DNA of 64,000 nt, taken from NCBI GenBank assembly GCA_965215265.1, contig OZ244048.1, positions 2,141,743-2,205,742 of the forward strand. Reading direction: 5' to 3'. Position 1 is the stretch's first letter. Each line of letters starts with the position of its first letter. The notes below the pieces were generated by a model. That model was not told the DNA's origin. It saw only the letters and a list, made by a program, of their open reading frames with translations, and searched no databases. Both the position numbers and the translations under genes were made by a program. The stretch comes from Candidatus Poribacteria bacterium (GTDB lineage Bacteria; Poribacteria; WGA-4E; WGA-3G). Below are positions 1 through 9,806 of the stretch, one piece after another.

Positions 1-35
1 GGGAAGGCTATCAATTAGAAGATGTTGATACCTAC

Positions 36-425
36 ATGAGCGCATTCTGGGAAGAAGGATTCCTTTACGTATCTGATATGGGAACAGACGGCGATAAAAC
101 GGATGACGTAGAATTTGACGATATTCGCCAAGAGCGCGATGCCGCAATTCGAGTCTTCTCACGGTTCCAAGACATCGAAATTGAACTCTCCCTGCCACCC
201 GAGATAATTATTAACAGAGAAGGCAATCAAGCCGAAGTCCGGAATCACTATCGCATCCAACTGTTTATCGCCGATGGCGAAACCCTTGAAGGCGGATACT
301 CCGGCGTCTACGCAGAGGGCGACAATCTCTTTCTCTTTGAGAAAAGAAAAGACGAATGGCGGATAGTTGAATGGCATGACGAAGCCTTTGATGACGAAGA
401 AATTCGCATCGCCAATAATCTATAG
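36..425 (+). CDS. hypothetical acidic protein; the frame stays open to the window start, so it may be 5'-truncated
   Basis: 129-aa ORF with no in-frame stop upstream of position 36. No recognisable motif. Confidence 0.3.
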   Translation: MSAFWEEGFLYVSDMGTDGDKTDDVEFDDIRQERDAAIRVFSRFQDIEIELSLPPEIIINREGNQAEVRNHYRIQLFIADGETLEGGYSGVYAEGDNLFLFEKRKDEWRIVEWHDEAFDDEEIRIANNL

Positions 426-489
426 CAGCACTTACACACAAGATTATTTTCCCTCGCATGCTTTGTTGAACTTCAATATGGAAACATGA

Positions 490-2001
490 GTGGTCCGGAG
501 CACTCCGCACCACTCTGTTTCTATAGATGACTCAGGTGAATCTGAACTTCAAACCCCAAAGCAGCGCTTTTTTATACTCATGGCACAACAGGAAGAGTCC
601 TTAAACGACTATCTACAACTCATCCGAAAACATGACTTTACCATCTGCCTGAGCCTTCTCCTAGTCTTAGGAACAGCCCTCGTTATTTCCCTTCGATTGC
701 CTAAAACCTATGCAGCTTCAACACTCATGCTACTCGTACAACCCGCTACCACCCCGGCAATCTCATCAACAAACTTATTCCAAACGGTTTTATCGGGCAG
801 CGGAGACTCGCGCGAATTGGAGACGATCACCACACGATTTACAACCGAGTCTATGCTGGCAGCAGCAATCGAAAATCTTGAAGAAAACGGGAACCGTCAA
901 GCTGCATCCATACTTCCACCCATTGGCGCACTCAAACGCAAAGTAAAAGCACAAATATATCCAGATTCCTACTATATTGAATTAGCCTTGGAACTAACCG
1001 AAGCAGAAGGCGGAGCACGCAACGCCGCACTCCTCGTTAATCAACTAGCAGAAGATATGCAGACGCTGAGAACTGAAGATGAAAAAACGAAACTTGTAAA
1101 ACGAAAACAGTTCCTTGACCAAAAACAGAAAGAAATTACTTCCGAACTTGAGAAACACTTAGAAGCCGTTCTCCAATTTGTCAGAGAAAACGGGAGCCCT
1201 GAAATATGGATACCTAAACTCACCAATTTGCTTGAACGACACGCGAATTTGCACGCACAACTTGAGACAACCCAGCAGAACCTCCACCAAACCCAGGCAC
1301 ACATAGTATATTTACAAGAACGCATCCACTTGCTCCCTGAGGAGATACCACTTTCTCAGACTACCTCCTACAACCCTATTTGGCTTTTTCAACAAGAAAA
1401 GTTATTCACATTAGAAACACAACGCAGCGCTGATGAAAAAAAAGTTGGCAAGGATTCATCCGAATTGAAAGGGCTCGATGCCCAAATTCAAGACATCACC
1501 GAAAGAAACCACAACACACCACAAAATGCTACCACCACGACATCCGGGATTTCTCCATATTATACCTATATCCAAAATCGCCTAACCGAATTAATTCCGA
1601 TGCGCGCCCGCTATGAAAATGCTCAAGAACGGATTAAACATGAACTTCGCCGCCTAGATACGCAATTGGAGCAGCTACTAAAACAAATCCCTGAAAACCA
1701 TTCCGTTCTTACCCAATTAAAGGCACGAATTGATAAAATTAATGAATTGAATGAAGAAATCGCAAAACGCGCACTCGACGCAGAAATTTTGAGTGCCGAA
1801 TCAACAGTGACCTCTTCTCAAAATCGGCGCGGCGGCATCGAAATCATCGACCGGGCCGTACCCAGAAAAATACCTATTGCCCCACAACTCAAATTGATCG
1901 TTATCATTGCCGGCGCAGTGGGCTTAGCCTTAGGAACCGCCATTTCACTATTCATTGATTTTACCAGTTCTTCTGATAATCTAAGTAAACGGAACAGATA
2001 A
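490..2001 (+). CDS. polysaccharide chain-length determinant (Wzz/GumC-like, no kinase domain); alternative ATG start at 580
   Basis: N-terminal TM after a short cytoplasmic segment (ICLSLLLVLGTALVISL...LLVQP), a long coiled-coil middle region and a C-terminal TM (LKLIVIIAGAVGLALGTAISLFIDF). This matches PCP-family topology. The 490 start is GTG. Confidence 0.5.
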   Translation: MVRSTPHHSVSIDDSGESELQTPKQRFFILMAQQEESLNDYLQLIRKHDFTICLSLLLVLGTALVISLRLPKTYAASTLMLLVQPATTPAISSTNLFQTVLSGSGDSRELETITTRFTTESMLAAAIENLEENGNRQAASILPPIGALKRKVKAQIYPDSYYIELALELTEAEGGARNAALLVNQLAEDMQTLRTEDEKTKLVKRKQFLDQKQKEITSELEKHLEAVLQFVRENGSPEIWIPKLTNLLERHANLHAQLETTQQNLHQTQAHIVYLQERIHLLPEEIPLSQTTSYNPIWLFQQEKLFTLETQRSADEKKVGKDSSELKGLDAQIQDITERNHNTPQNATTTTSGISPYYTYIQNRLTELIPMRARYENAQERIKHELRRLDTQLEQLLKQIPENHSVLTQLKARIDKINELNEEIAKRALDAEILSAESTVTSSQNRRGGIEIIDRAVPRKIPIAPQLKLIVIIAGAVGLALGTAISLFIDFTSSSDNLSKRNR

Positions 2002-2033
2002 ACTACTTACTTGCATCGAGATAAATAAAAAAA

Positions 2034-2063
2034 TTTACAATTTATCTCAAAATATGGTATAAT
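2034..2063 (+). promoter_or_regulatory. sigma70-type promoter (TTTACA, 18-nt spacer, TATAAT)
   Basis: Exact -10 hexamer at 2058-2063 and a near-consensus -35 at 2034-2039. It points into the GC-rich non-coding island. Confidence 0.5.
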
Positions 2064-2099
2064 ATATAGAAATAAAAGAGTATTAACTTACAGATCGGT

Positions 2100-2640
2100 T
2101 TGTGCAAGTCTTCGCTTCACAGAAAGGCGAGCGCATGCTATCTTGTCAAACATGTCAAAGTCCACACATGACGAAAAACGGGTTTGGCCAACTCACCTAA
2201 CATGTGGAGATAATTCTGTTCTTGGGGCTCGGCGCTTCATGCCCCAAACTGCCATCCCACGCTCCGGCACCGGCCTGCTTCCCAGCAACGCCGCTTCGGG
2301 CGCGCATGCTAAGTGAATTGATGGCTCGCCGGCCCTTGTGCAAACACGGAGAAAGAAAACCGGAAGCGGTACTGTTGCCCGCCCCTGAGCATCTTCACCA
2401 CCGATAACCGTGTGTGCTCGAGAGAAGCCGTGTTATCAGTCGAAAAAAACAGAAACCGAATTTTTAAGCCTGTTTGGCATCAAAGCCGGCCACCCATCGC
2501 CGCGGAACGTGGCCGTCGTGATGTTCAATATACGGAACGCCGCGACACTGCCGCAGTTGTACACATATCCGTTTGATACCGATGAAGGGTGCGTTTCTGT
2601 GAGGACCGCCTACTTCGCGCATAACGGGTAACGTTAAAAC
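2100..2640 (+). other. GC-rich island with no convincing ORF inside a 1.2-kb AT-rich intergenic region; candidate ncRNA or decayed gene remnant
   Basis: There is a sharp composition shift relative to its flanks. It is preceded by the 2034-2063 promoter. The only ORFs are short, frame-discordant and Pro/Ala-rich (2204-2407, 2410-2631). No RNase P, tmRNA or SRP core motifs were seen. Confidence 0.2.
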
Positions 2641-2821
2641 GTTAAATTGTATTCACCGCGGATACGCTGCTACAGCGTAAGAGAATACAAGTTTTTTTCA
2701 ATATCTGCATGCACGGTACCTTTAAGCAAACACCACATTTGGAAATATAGTGCATTTGTGGTATCATGCAATAATAAATTTTTCACATGTACGCGGAAAA
2801 AACTTTTTTTGATAAAAAAAG

Positions 2822-2850
2822 TTGACAGAAAATTGCCGTCGTGCTATATT
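2822..2850 (+). promoter_or_regulatory. sigma70-type promoter (TTGACA, 17-nt spacer, TATATT)
   Basis: Consensus -35 at 2822-2827 and good -10 at 2845-2850. Confidence 0.45.
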
Positions 2851-2958
2851 TAAACACTAAGAACAGTTTTGTGAAAATTTTATCAATTTTGATACTGATT
2901 TTTCTCGAAACGAATCCTTAATTTAGTGGAAGAAACTCACTTTTTGTGCTCGCGCTAC

Positions 2959-2987
2959 TTGAGATTTTGCAGTATCCGGTATATAAT
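2959..2987 (+). promoter_or_regulatory. sigma70-type promoter (TTGAGA, 17-nt spacer, TATAAT), likely serving the 3195 gene
   Basis: Exact -10 at 2982-2987 and -35 at 2959-2964. It would give a ~200-nt leader before ATG 3195. Confidence 0.5.
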
Positions 2988-3194
2988 GGTTCATTAACAC
3001 AAACGAGCACTCTTTATATTTAGTAACGAAACCTTAACGCTTTCCGTTTACATAATATAGTGGTTTCCAACTATTTTTTAAGGTTTTTGTTGGAGTCGGA
3101 ACTGTTGTGTTCGCAGCGATGCCCAGAATTTTCAGGCAGTCGCTTGCAGCTCACATATCCGACTAAATTATTCCCAAGGAGGAAAAATAAAGTA

Positions 3195-6100
3195 ATGAAT
3201 GAGTTAAGACAATCAATTAATGTTTTACTTGTCGTGACCTGTATCTTGAGTAGTTTTGTACTCTACGGTTGTGGGGCGCAAAGCCTAGGTCCGCAAGAAC
3301 CGCTCTTACCAACTATTGAGGGTAGCTCTAAGTTCTCTGCCCGGTTCCAATTAGAAGAAGAACCGCAGTTCTTCTACGATCTATTTGGAAAAGAGCTGCT
3401 TGAAGGAAACGAAGTCTATAACTATCGCGAGCAAAAAGAATTCGACCAGAACGGTGAATTGATTGTAGGTTGGACTGGACAGCTCGATAGTGAAAGATTT
3501 TCCGCACAGCTCGACCGGACGGTATTAACAGAAGATAGTTTCCGAGGGAGATACACGGAATTTGCTATTGGTGATGATATGCGGTTCAAGCCTGCTACGT
3601 TGTTCCCAAACCGGTACATTCTCTATAAAACAGAGTTTGACGGCTTCCGTTGGGACATCTCTTTTTCGCAGGAGCGACATCTATTTACGTTGATTAACTC
3701 CCGTATCTCTAACCCAGCAAGATTAACTGATGCCGCAGCGAACCTCGCACCAACACTCGGCCGACGGAACGGGTTAAACGCGGATGCCGGCACTCGGCAT
3801 ATTGAAAACGCACGCTTGATCGGTTTCAGGGCACAGGGACTCTTAGGCGATATCTTCCGTGTTGGGTTCACCTATGTCAACCTACACAAAGAACACCCCG
3901 AACGCGTTGAGAACCCTCTCATGGGTACCGTCGCCAATACCCCACCTGAAGTCATCTCTGTTGTTTTTCGTGATGATTCTCCAGAAGATAATCACAACGT
4001 CGTTACCCAATTCTCTGGCTACGATGCTAACCTCCATGGAGATAACATCCAGGGCGGTGTCGGTGCTGCCTTCAAATCCATGAAAGCTACCGTCATAACA
4101 CAAGCATTAGAAGAACTCACAGCCGAAGAAATTGAAGAAGGTGTCGAACCGGCAACTCAGCCCGAACAGACGCAAACAATCGATATTTTTGTTGACGACA
4201 TCACGCCTATTGATGTCGGCGGACTTCCATCCGAAATTCGAGACTCCGTTGATGGTGAATGGAAAATCGTAGACGGTTTCAATAAAATGAAATATGATCT
4301 GGTCTTTGCTGACCACGATATTGAACCGCGCACCGTCAAATCCGTGGTCTTTGAGATGATAGTTGCAGGCGATTACAACATCGCTATCATCGGATTCAGT
4401 GACGCAAACAAAGCCGCTGAAGGCGCTGACCCCCTTGTCGAAGAGTGGATTAAAACCGAAGATGGACATATTGAAATGCCATACAGGGATGTCATTCAAG
4501 CACCCGGCAACTACGGACAATCTTCGGATTATGCCAGCAATCGGACAAGTCTTCTCGATAATCCAAGCGACTGGGAAGGAGAAGGAAGACCCCGGAAAGT
4601 CCAATATCGTTACGGCGCAGCACGCGCAGCACTTCTCTACGGACTTGATCTCGAAGGAACCATCGGGAATGTCTTCGTCCGAGCACATTATTCCATTAAC
4701 GGGAAATATAAGCAGTATCCTACTTTGCCCAAAGACAAAGTCGGTTTTAGTCGGCTCAAAACCACAATTATCACGGACAATGGTGAAGAAGAAACCGGCA
4801 TATCCATAGATCCGGCCACAGGACTGCCTCTAGACCGGAACGGCATACCGACCTACTCAGAAACCGAAGGCGAACGGTTTGAAGCAAGGTTGGGCGGAGA
4901 CGGAAGCGATGAAACCGGCGATGGCGAACTCGGAAGAGAAACTGCCTGGTTCGTACAGCTTAAATCACGATTCGGTAAACTCTACCTTGAAGGTGTTTGG
5001 TACCATATTGACCCAGGATATACCACCACCTATCTCAACTTCGGTTCAAACACCGATAGAGACCAGACATATTCACTGGAACGGACACCTGAATCACAAT
5101 CAGAAGAAGACCCCTGGGATGAAACCAATTACGCTCTCATTGAAGATGACGATGATGATGACGACTGGCCCGATGACATCGACTTTGATGGAGTACTACC
5201 ACGAGCCGATGACAGAGACCAGAACGGGATTTTGGACTTCCAAGAAGACTTCCTAATCTTTGATGCAGATCCGCCGGTCTTTACCGACCTGGTTGACTTG
5301 AACAACAACGGTACTATTGATTCCCTCGAAGATGACTTTGAACCACAATATGAATACGGAATTGACCGCGCCGGCTACCATGTCTTCGCCGAGTACGATC
5401 TACTCGACAACCTTTCTCTCAAAGTGGGGTGGCTCAACGAAGACGAAGTCTCCAGCCGACGACAGAATGATTCCAAATATTTGCACGTCACTTACCAACG
5501 TGACATTCCAGATTTTGGAACGATCCTCTTCCAAAACCGATTCGTCCGGGTTAACGACGATATTCCAGATTACACAATCACTCTCCGGGTCGGTGAATTG
5601 GACCCCGTTCAAATCTCTGACGAACTTGACTTCTACAACGCGCGGGTCAATACCACAACTCTTCAGTTCCTCTATACCGCTATACCCAACTTAACCCTTG
5701 AAGCAAAGTTTCTCGTGGTTTTGCAACATCAGTACGAACAAGATGAGGAAGGCGCTATCTTCCTCGATGTTGAGGGATCCGGTGATGAAAATGATCCGCT
5801 TAACGCAGATCAACGCGTTGACTTCATGGTACCTATCGAACAGGTTCGAGCCTCCGGCGAGAAACGGGAATATCCATTCTATCCTGACCACGGAATTAAC
5901 GCCCTTGATCCGGAAGATCCCGGACTTATCTATGACTCCGAAAACTGGAAGAAACGACGCTATCCAGAACGGGATATTCGCAACCAGCAGACTATTCTCA
6001 AAGCAAGATACGAAATCCCGCTCGGAGATCTACCCTTTGTTGATAAAATCGGTGAGGACTTAACCCTCACCCCCATGGTTAAATATATTTGGGATCGTGC

Positions 6101-6521
6101 CTTTGACCGCGGGGCCGAAGAAATCCCGGAATCGCTTAACCCGCGTTTGTTCGTCCCTACGGATGAAGAACCTGTTGGATACCTCCGATTCAATCGCCGA
6201 AGCCGGGAGGATGTCCTCGGTGTCCGCCTAGATTACCAGTTCACACAAAGAATGAACATCCTCGGCGGATTCCAGTACCGGAAATTTACCAACCGAGACG
6301 ATAACTTCAAAAACTATTTGGGGAACTTCCCGGAAGATGAAGACGTACCGATCCTCTTCCGCCCGGACCTGCGGACCCGAATCTTTGAAATCCAAGCCAT
6401 CAACCGCGGCGAATGGCTCGGTTTTAACATTGTTATCCTCGCAGGTTACAGACGAACCACCATCCTCCTTGAACATACAACCAGTAACACTACGTTTGTT
6501 CGAGCGATGATGGGTTTCTAA
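3195..6521 (+). CDS. giant (1108 aa) secreted, highly acidic outer-membrane-type beta-barrel protein with EF-hand/dockerin-like Ca-binding loops; family unknown
   Basis: RBS AAGGAGG 3176-3182 precedes ATG 3195. Signal/lipoprotein-like N-terminus (LLVVTCILSSFVLYGCGAQS). D7 run and DxNxNGxID / DxDxNGxxD loops (DLNNNGTID, DRDQNGILD). Alternating beta-strand pattern and a terminal aromatic (…AMMGF-stop) are typical of OMP barrels. No TonB box or plug motifs were seen. Confidence 0.55.
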   Translation: MNELRQSINVLLVVTCILSSFVLYGCGAQSLGPQEPLLPTIEGSSKFSARFQLEEEPQFFYDLFGKELLEGNEVYNYREQKEFDQNGELIVGWTGQLDSERFSAQLDRTVLTEDSFRGRYTEFAIGDDMRFKPATLFPNRYILYKTEFDGFRWDISFSQERHLFTLINSRISNPARLTDAAANLAPTLGRRNGLNADAGTRHIENARLIGFRAQGLLGDIFRVGFTYVNLHKEHPERVENPLMGTVANTPPEVISVVFRDDSPEDNHNVVTQFSGYDANLHGDNIQGGVGAAFKSMKATVITQALEELTAEEIEEGVEPATQPEQTQTIDIFVDDITPIDVGGLPSEIRDSVDGEWKIVDGFNKMKYDLVFADHDIEPRTVKSVVFEMIVAGDYNIAIIGFSDANKAAEGADPLVEEWIKTEDGHIEMPYRDVIQAPGNYGQSSDYASNRTSLLDNPSDWEGEGRPRKVQYRYGAARAALLYGLDLEGTIGNVFVRAHYSINGKYKQYPTLPKDKVGFSRLKTTIITDNGEEETGISIDPATGLPLDRNGIPTYSETEGERFEARLGGDGSDETGDGELGRETAWFVQLKSRFGKLYLEGVWYHIDPGYTTTYLNFGSNTDRDQTYSLERTPESQSEEDPWDETNYALIEDDDDDDDWPDDIDFDGVLPRADDRDQNGILDFQEDFLIFDADPPVFTDLVDLNNNGTIDSLEDDFEPQYEYGIDRAGYHVFAEYDLLDNLSLKVGWLNEDEVSSRRQNDSKYLHVTYQRDIPDFGTILFQNRFVRVNDDIPDYTITLRVGELDPVQISDELDFYNARVNTTTLQFLYTAIPNLTLEAKFLVVLQHQYEQDEEGAIFLDVEGSGDENDPLNADQRVDFMVPIEQVRASGEKREYPFYPDHGINALDPEDPGLIYDSENWKKRRYPERDIRNQQTILKARYEIPLGDLPFVDKIGEDLTLTPMVKYIWDRAFDRGAEEIPESLNPRLFVPTDEEPVGYLRFNRRSREDVLGVRLDYQFTQRMNILGGFQYRKFTNRDDNFKNYLGNFPEDEDVPILFRPDLRTRIFEIQAINRGEWLGFNIVILAGYRRTTILLEHTTSNTTFVRAMMGF

Positions 6522-6530
6522 ACTGTTTGT

Positions 6531-6567
6531 GGTTTGCTAGACACGATTTCTTCGTGTCTAGCAAACC
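6531..6567 (+). terminator. strong stem-loop (15-bp perfect stem) 10 nt after the stop of the 3195-6521 gene
   Basis: ggtttgctagacacg-atttctt-cgtgtctagcaaacc. There is no clear U-tract, so it is a terminator or processing hairpin. Confidence 0.5.
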
Positions 6568-6668
6568 AGATTCTAAACAAAACGCGTAACTTTCTTATAC
6601 TAGTGGTGTTCATATAGGTAAAGTTTGCTAACTAAACCTATCTCACGCTCAAAATGGAAATATAACAG

Positions 6669-7382
6669 ATGGTCCGGGCTTGTTTAGTTTTTTTCATTCT
6701 ATTAACCGTCTCTTTGGGGATGTGGAACCTTATCGCACAAACCCAAGAAACACATGTTGAAAACGTTGAAAACGGAGTTGTGCGGGGTTACATTTCCGAT
6801 ATAACACGGCAACAATCACCGATTGCCAACGTTCACGTGACACTCACACGGCTTGAACCAGACTTCGAGACGACAACCAACGCGAAGGGCGAATTTGAGC
6901 TCACCAATTTAGCACCCGGACGCTACGTTGTTACTCTGAGTAAAGATGACTACGACCGGGGGATTGTACAACTTGTAACCGTTGTGAATAGGGGAGAGCA
7001 GTATGTCACACTTAAAATGGGCCCAGAGGCGATAGAAAACGTCCCAATTCCGGAAAAGATTCGCACGCCGGTACCAAAAAATGGCGGCACCGTCCGTGGG
7101 CAAATTGTGGATACATCAACCGCCCAAAACCCTATTCCTGACGTGCGTGTCGTCATTGCCAGCCAAGATGGCGAATATGAAGCGACAACAGATGCAAATG
7201 GCGAGTTTGAACGCACTGGTGTCCCCGCAGGACGCTACTTGATTAGTATCTATAGAGAAGGATACGGAGATCGCGAAGGCAAACCCGTAACCGTCGTGAA
7301 TGGCGGCGAGCACTATATTCCACTCAAGATGACTCAAAAATTCTCTTTTTTCCAAAAATTGGGAAAGGTCTTCGGTTTTTAA
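6669..7382 (+). CDS. secreted protein with two tandem carboxypeptidase-regulatory-like (CarboxypepD_reg, transthyretin-like) domains
   Basis: Signal peptide. Two ~80-aa repeats with the pattern G.VRG.I.D....PI..V.V.........T.T.A.GEFE...PG.Y......GY. The second repeat is nucleotide-identical (98%) to the N-terminus of the next gene. Confidence 0.55.
   Translation: MVRACLVFFILLTVSLGMWNLIAQTQETHVENVENGVVRGYISDITRQQSPIANVHVTLTRLEPDFETTTNAKGEFELTNLAPGRYVVTLSKDDYDRGIVQLVTVVNRGEQYVTLKMGPEAIENVPIPEKIRTPVPKNGGTVRGQIVDTSTAQNPIPDVRVVIASQDGEYEATTDANGEFERTGVPAGRYLISIYREGYGDREGKPVTVVNGGEHYIPLKMTQKFSFFQKLGKVFGF
7082..7333 (+). repeat. 252-bp segment 98.4% identical to 7693-7944 (copy 1, inside CDS 6669-7382)
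   Basis: Direct reading comparison gives 4 mismatches over 252 nt at an offset of 611 bp. Confidence 0.9.
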
Positions 7383-7603
7383 CTTTAAATTACAGATAGT
7401 TGGACCTGTCTTGATAGGAGGGGCCACTACAATCTATTCTCCTACAATGGCGTGGGAGAACCTGAATAATCAACCCTGAAAAAAAGCGTAACTTCTTAGT
7501 GTCTCAGGTGTTGATAGATACAAAACTTGTTAGGAATACGAGGGCATACTTGTCCGATTCGAGAACTTTACTAACAAGTTACCTAAAGGAGGAAACAGTC
7601 CGA

Positions 7604-8599
7604 ATGAAACGTTTAAGTTTAATGTTAATGTTAGCTGCCTGTATCGGAATGTCCGCTGGAATCGTCTTTGCACAAGATGACATTGCCAGCAGTGGCGGCA
7701 CCGTCCGTGGGCAAATTGTGGATACATCAACCGCCCAAAACCCTATTCCTGACGTGCGTGTCGTCATTGCCAGCCAAGATGGCGAATACGAAGCGACAAC
7801 AGATGCAAATGGCGAGTTTGAACGCACTGGTGTCCCCGCAGGACGCTACTTGATTAGTATCTATAGAGAAGGATACGGAGATCGCGAAGGCAAACCTGTA
7901 ACCGTCGTGAATGGCGGTGACCACTATATTCCACTCAAGATGACCAAGAAAGACAATATCGTCTCCTTCTTCATGAAGTTCGGTTTCGTCTTCTGGCCCT
8001 TGGCTCTTTGTTCCGTCACAGCACTCACCTTCATTATTGAACGGCTCTTCACGTTCGTCCGAAGCCGTTCACGTATCGGCACCGAACAGTTCATCGCAAA
8101 CATCGCGGATTCTTTGCGGAAAGAGAATATCATGGAAGCCGTTTCAATCTGTGAAGAAGCAGGCGGACCCCTCGCCAACGTGCTTAAAGCAGGGCTCCTG
8201 CGTTACAGCCAAGCCCAGATTGAAGAACGCGACATTACCAAAGAGGAAATTCAGGAAGCGATTGAAGAAGCAAGCCTCCTTGAAATACCCGAATTGGAAA
8301 GAAATCTCCCTGTATTGGGAACAGTTGCAGTGGTTTCGCCCCTATTCGGTCTGCTCGGAACAGTCACTGGTATGATTAGTGCATTTACAACTATTGCACT
8401 TGAAGGTACGGGAGACCCGCAGCAGCTCGCCGGTGGTATCTCACAGGCTCTCCTCACGACTGCTGCAGGCCTAACAGTCGCTATTCCATGCCTGATCTTC
8501 TTCCAACTCTTTGATAGCTGGGTTAACAGGCACATGGTTGAGATTTCTCAGGTCTCCACTGAAATTGTTAACCAATTGGTTGTTGGTGAAGGGTCGTAA
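7604..8599 (+). CDS. exbB: MotA/TolQ/ExbB-family proton channel with an N-terminal signal peptide plus CarboxypepD_reg-like periplasmic domain (unusual fusion)
   Basis: RBS AAAGGAGG 7586-7593. The C-terminal 230 aa are a classic ExbB/TolQ (…LGTVAVVSPLFGLLGTVTGMISAF…AGGISQALLTTAAGLTVAIPCLIFF…). The N-terminal 110 aa are signal plus the GTVRGQIVD…GEFE…PAGRY…GY domain. Confidence 0.8.
   Translation: MKRLSLMLMLAACIGMSAGIVFAQDDIASSGGTVRGQIVDTSTAQNPIPDVRVVIASQDGEYEATTDANGEFERTGVPAGRYLISIYREGYGDREGKPVTVVNGGDHYIPLKMTKKDNIVSFFMKFGFVFWPLALCSVTALTFIIERLFTFVRSRSRIGTEQFIANIADSLRKENIMEAVSICEEAGGPLANVLKAGLLRYSQAQIEERDITKEEIQEAIEEASLLEIPELERNLPVLGTVAVVSPLFGLLGTVTGMISAFTTIALEGTGDPQQLAGGISQALLTTAAGLTVAIPCLIFFQLFDSWVNRHMVEISQVSTEIVNQLVVGEGS
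7693..7944 (+). repeat. 252-bp segment 98.4% identical to 7082-7333 (copy 2, inside the exbB-fusion CDS)
   Basis: See copy 1. Confidence 0.9.
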
Positions 8600-8625
8600 T
8601 GTCTATCCCTTGGAAGGGGCGAGTG

Positions 8626-8649
8626 GAAACCACTCGCCCTACCCTTAAA
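8626..8649 (+). promoter_or_regulatory. 10-bp stem-loop between exbB and exbD (gggcgagtgg-aaac-ccactcgccc); possible attenuator or processing site
   Basis: Perfect inverted repeat with no U-tract. Confidence 0.35.
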
Positions 8650-8666
8650 CAAATGGAGATTTTGAA

Positions 8667-9116
8667 ATGCAACAACTCGCTGAAGGCAAATTGAACATGC
8701 TTGCAAATAAAATTAAGGAACGCAAGGCACCAACCCTCAGCATGGCACCGATGATTGATTGTGTCTTTCTACTCCTAATTTTCTTCATGGTTTCAACAAC
8801 CTTCTCACCCATTCCAGGGCTCCGGGTACAGCTCCCACCGCCAGGGAAACCGTCTCCGGATAAACCGAAAGGGCTCACCGTCAGAATCGCTAACCCGGAA
8901 CCAGGTGAGAGCAGAGGCACCATGGTCCTGAATGACGAGGTCGTTCAACTTGAGGAAATGTTTACGCAATTCATCAACGCCCCAGAAGAAGCAACGAGCA
9001 TGTTGATTATCCAATCTGAACGCGACGTACTTCATGAACAAATTGTACAAGTTATGGATATTGCTAAACAAGCAGGTATTGATAAAATCGGTTTTGCTAT
9101 TGTCGCCCGAGACTGA
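8667..9116 (+). CDS. exbD: biopolymer transport protein ExbD/TolR
   Basis: RBS GGAG. The hallmark N-terminus is MAPMIDCVFLLLIFFMVSTTF with a single TM. Confidence 0.8.
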   Translation: MQQLAEGKLNMLANKIKERKAPTLSMAPMIDCVFLLLIFFMVSTTFSPIPGLRVQLPPPGKPSPDKPKGLTVRIANPEPGESRGTMVLNDEVVQLEEMFTQFINAPEEATSMLIIQSERDVLHEQIVQVMDIAKQAGIDKIGFAIVARD

Positions 9117-9163
9117 ACCTATACACTCGGCGACACTGACACTTATAGGAAAGGAGAATTCCA

Positions 9164-9586
9164 ATGGCTTTGAACATTTCCCGAAACCGGAATAAGGACG
9201 AAGATGAAGATATTCCGATGGCACCCATGATTGATTGTGTGTTCTTGCTATTAATTTTCTTCATGGTCTCTGCTATTATGCGGGTTCCCCCACCTTTCAC
9301 GGTGACGCTCCCGGATTCCTCTACGCAACATGAATTCACGCGAAAGAAGTACAATCTTTTCATCAGCAGCGACGGCCGCGTCTCAATTGACGATCAGGAA
9401 ATGCTCACCCTGGAGGACATGGAGATGTTCCTATCTGCCCATGAAAACCAGATCAGCACCTTGATTATCAAGGCAGATAAACGTGCAAAACACGGCGTTG
9501 TCATTGACGTGGTTGAACGCGCGAAAATGCGCTCCAGTAAAACGGAGGGACTTGAAGTCGCTTTCGCAGTGTCTGAAGAAGATTGA
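9164..9586 (+). CDS. exbD: second ExbD/TolR paralog
   Basis: RBS AAGGAG. It has the same …IPMAPMIDCVFLLLIFFMVSA… motif. Confidence 0.8.
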   Translation: MALNISRNRNKDEDEDIPMAPMIDCVFLLLIFFMVSAIMRVPPPFTVTLPDSSTQHEFTRKKYNLFISSDGRVSIDDQEMLTLEDMEMFLSAHENQISTLIIKADKRAKHGVVIDVVERAKMRSSKTEGLEVAFAVSEED

Positions 9587-9606
9587 ACGGCAAACTGAAT
9601 CAGAAA

Positions 9607-9634
9607 AAGGCAGCATCGGCTGCCTTTTTTTTTG
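9607..9634 (+). terminator. rho-independent terminator of the exb operon
   Basis: aaggcagc-atcg-gctgcctt followed by T9. Confidence 0.8.
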
Positions 9635-9686
9635 CACGCTTGTGCCACCGAAAAAGGCGTAACCTGCTAAACACTAGATATGGTAA

Positions 9687-9800
9687 TTATTAATTATCGC
9701 CGCGGAACCAGATGTGTACCACGAACAGATTGTGCAGGTTATGGACATCGCCAAACAGGCTGGAATTGATAAGGTTGGGTTTGCTCTCGTAAAACAATGA
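9687..9800 (+). pseudogene. remnant of a third exbD: only the C-terminal ~37 codons remain (LLIIAAEPDVYHEQIVQVMDIAKQAGIDKVGFALVKQ-stop)
   Basis: It aligns residue-for-residue with the C-terminus of ExbD 8667-9116 (MLIIQSERDVLHEQIVQVMDIAKQAGIDKIGFAIVARD). An in-frame stop lies immediately upstream at 9684-9686. There is no start or RBS. It sits between two terminators. Confidence 0.6.
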
Positions 9801-9806
9801 GTGCGG

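Noticed and set aside
2100-2640. RNase P RNA, tmRNA, SRP RNA or a riboswitch in the GC-rich island
   Set aside because: No GGAAAGUCCGG or ACAGAA (RNase P), GGAUUCGACG (tmRNA), GGAAGGAAGCAGC (SRP), CUGAGA (TPP) or B12-box motifs were found on either strand. It is kept only as an unexplained island.
3195-6521. TonB-dependent transporter identity for the giant OMP
   Set aside because: No TonB box, no recognisable plug-domain motifs, and acidic Ca-loop repeats are atypical for these transporters. Called only a generic OM beta-barrel candidate.
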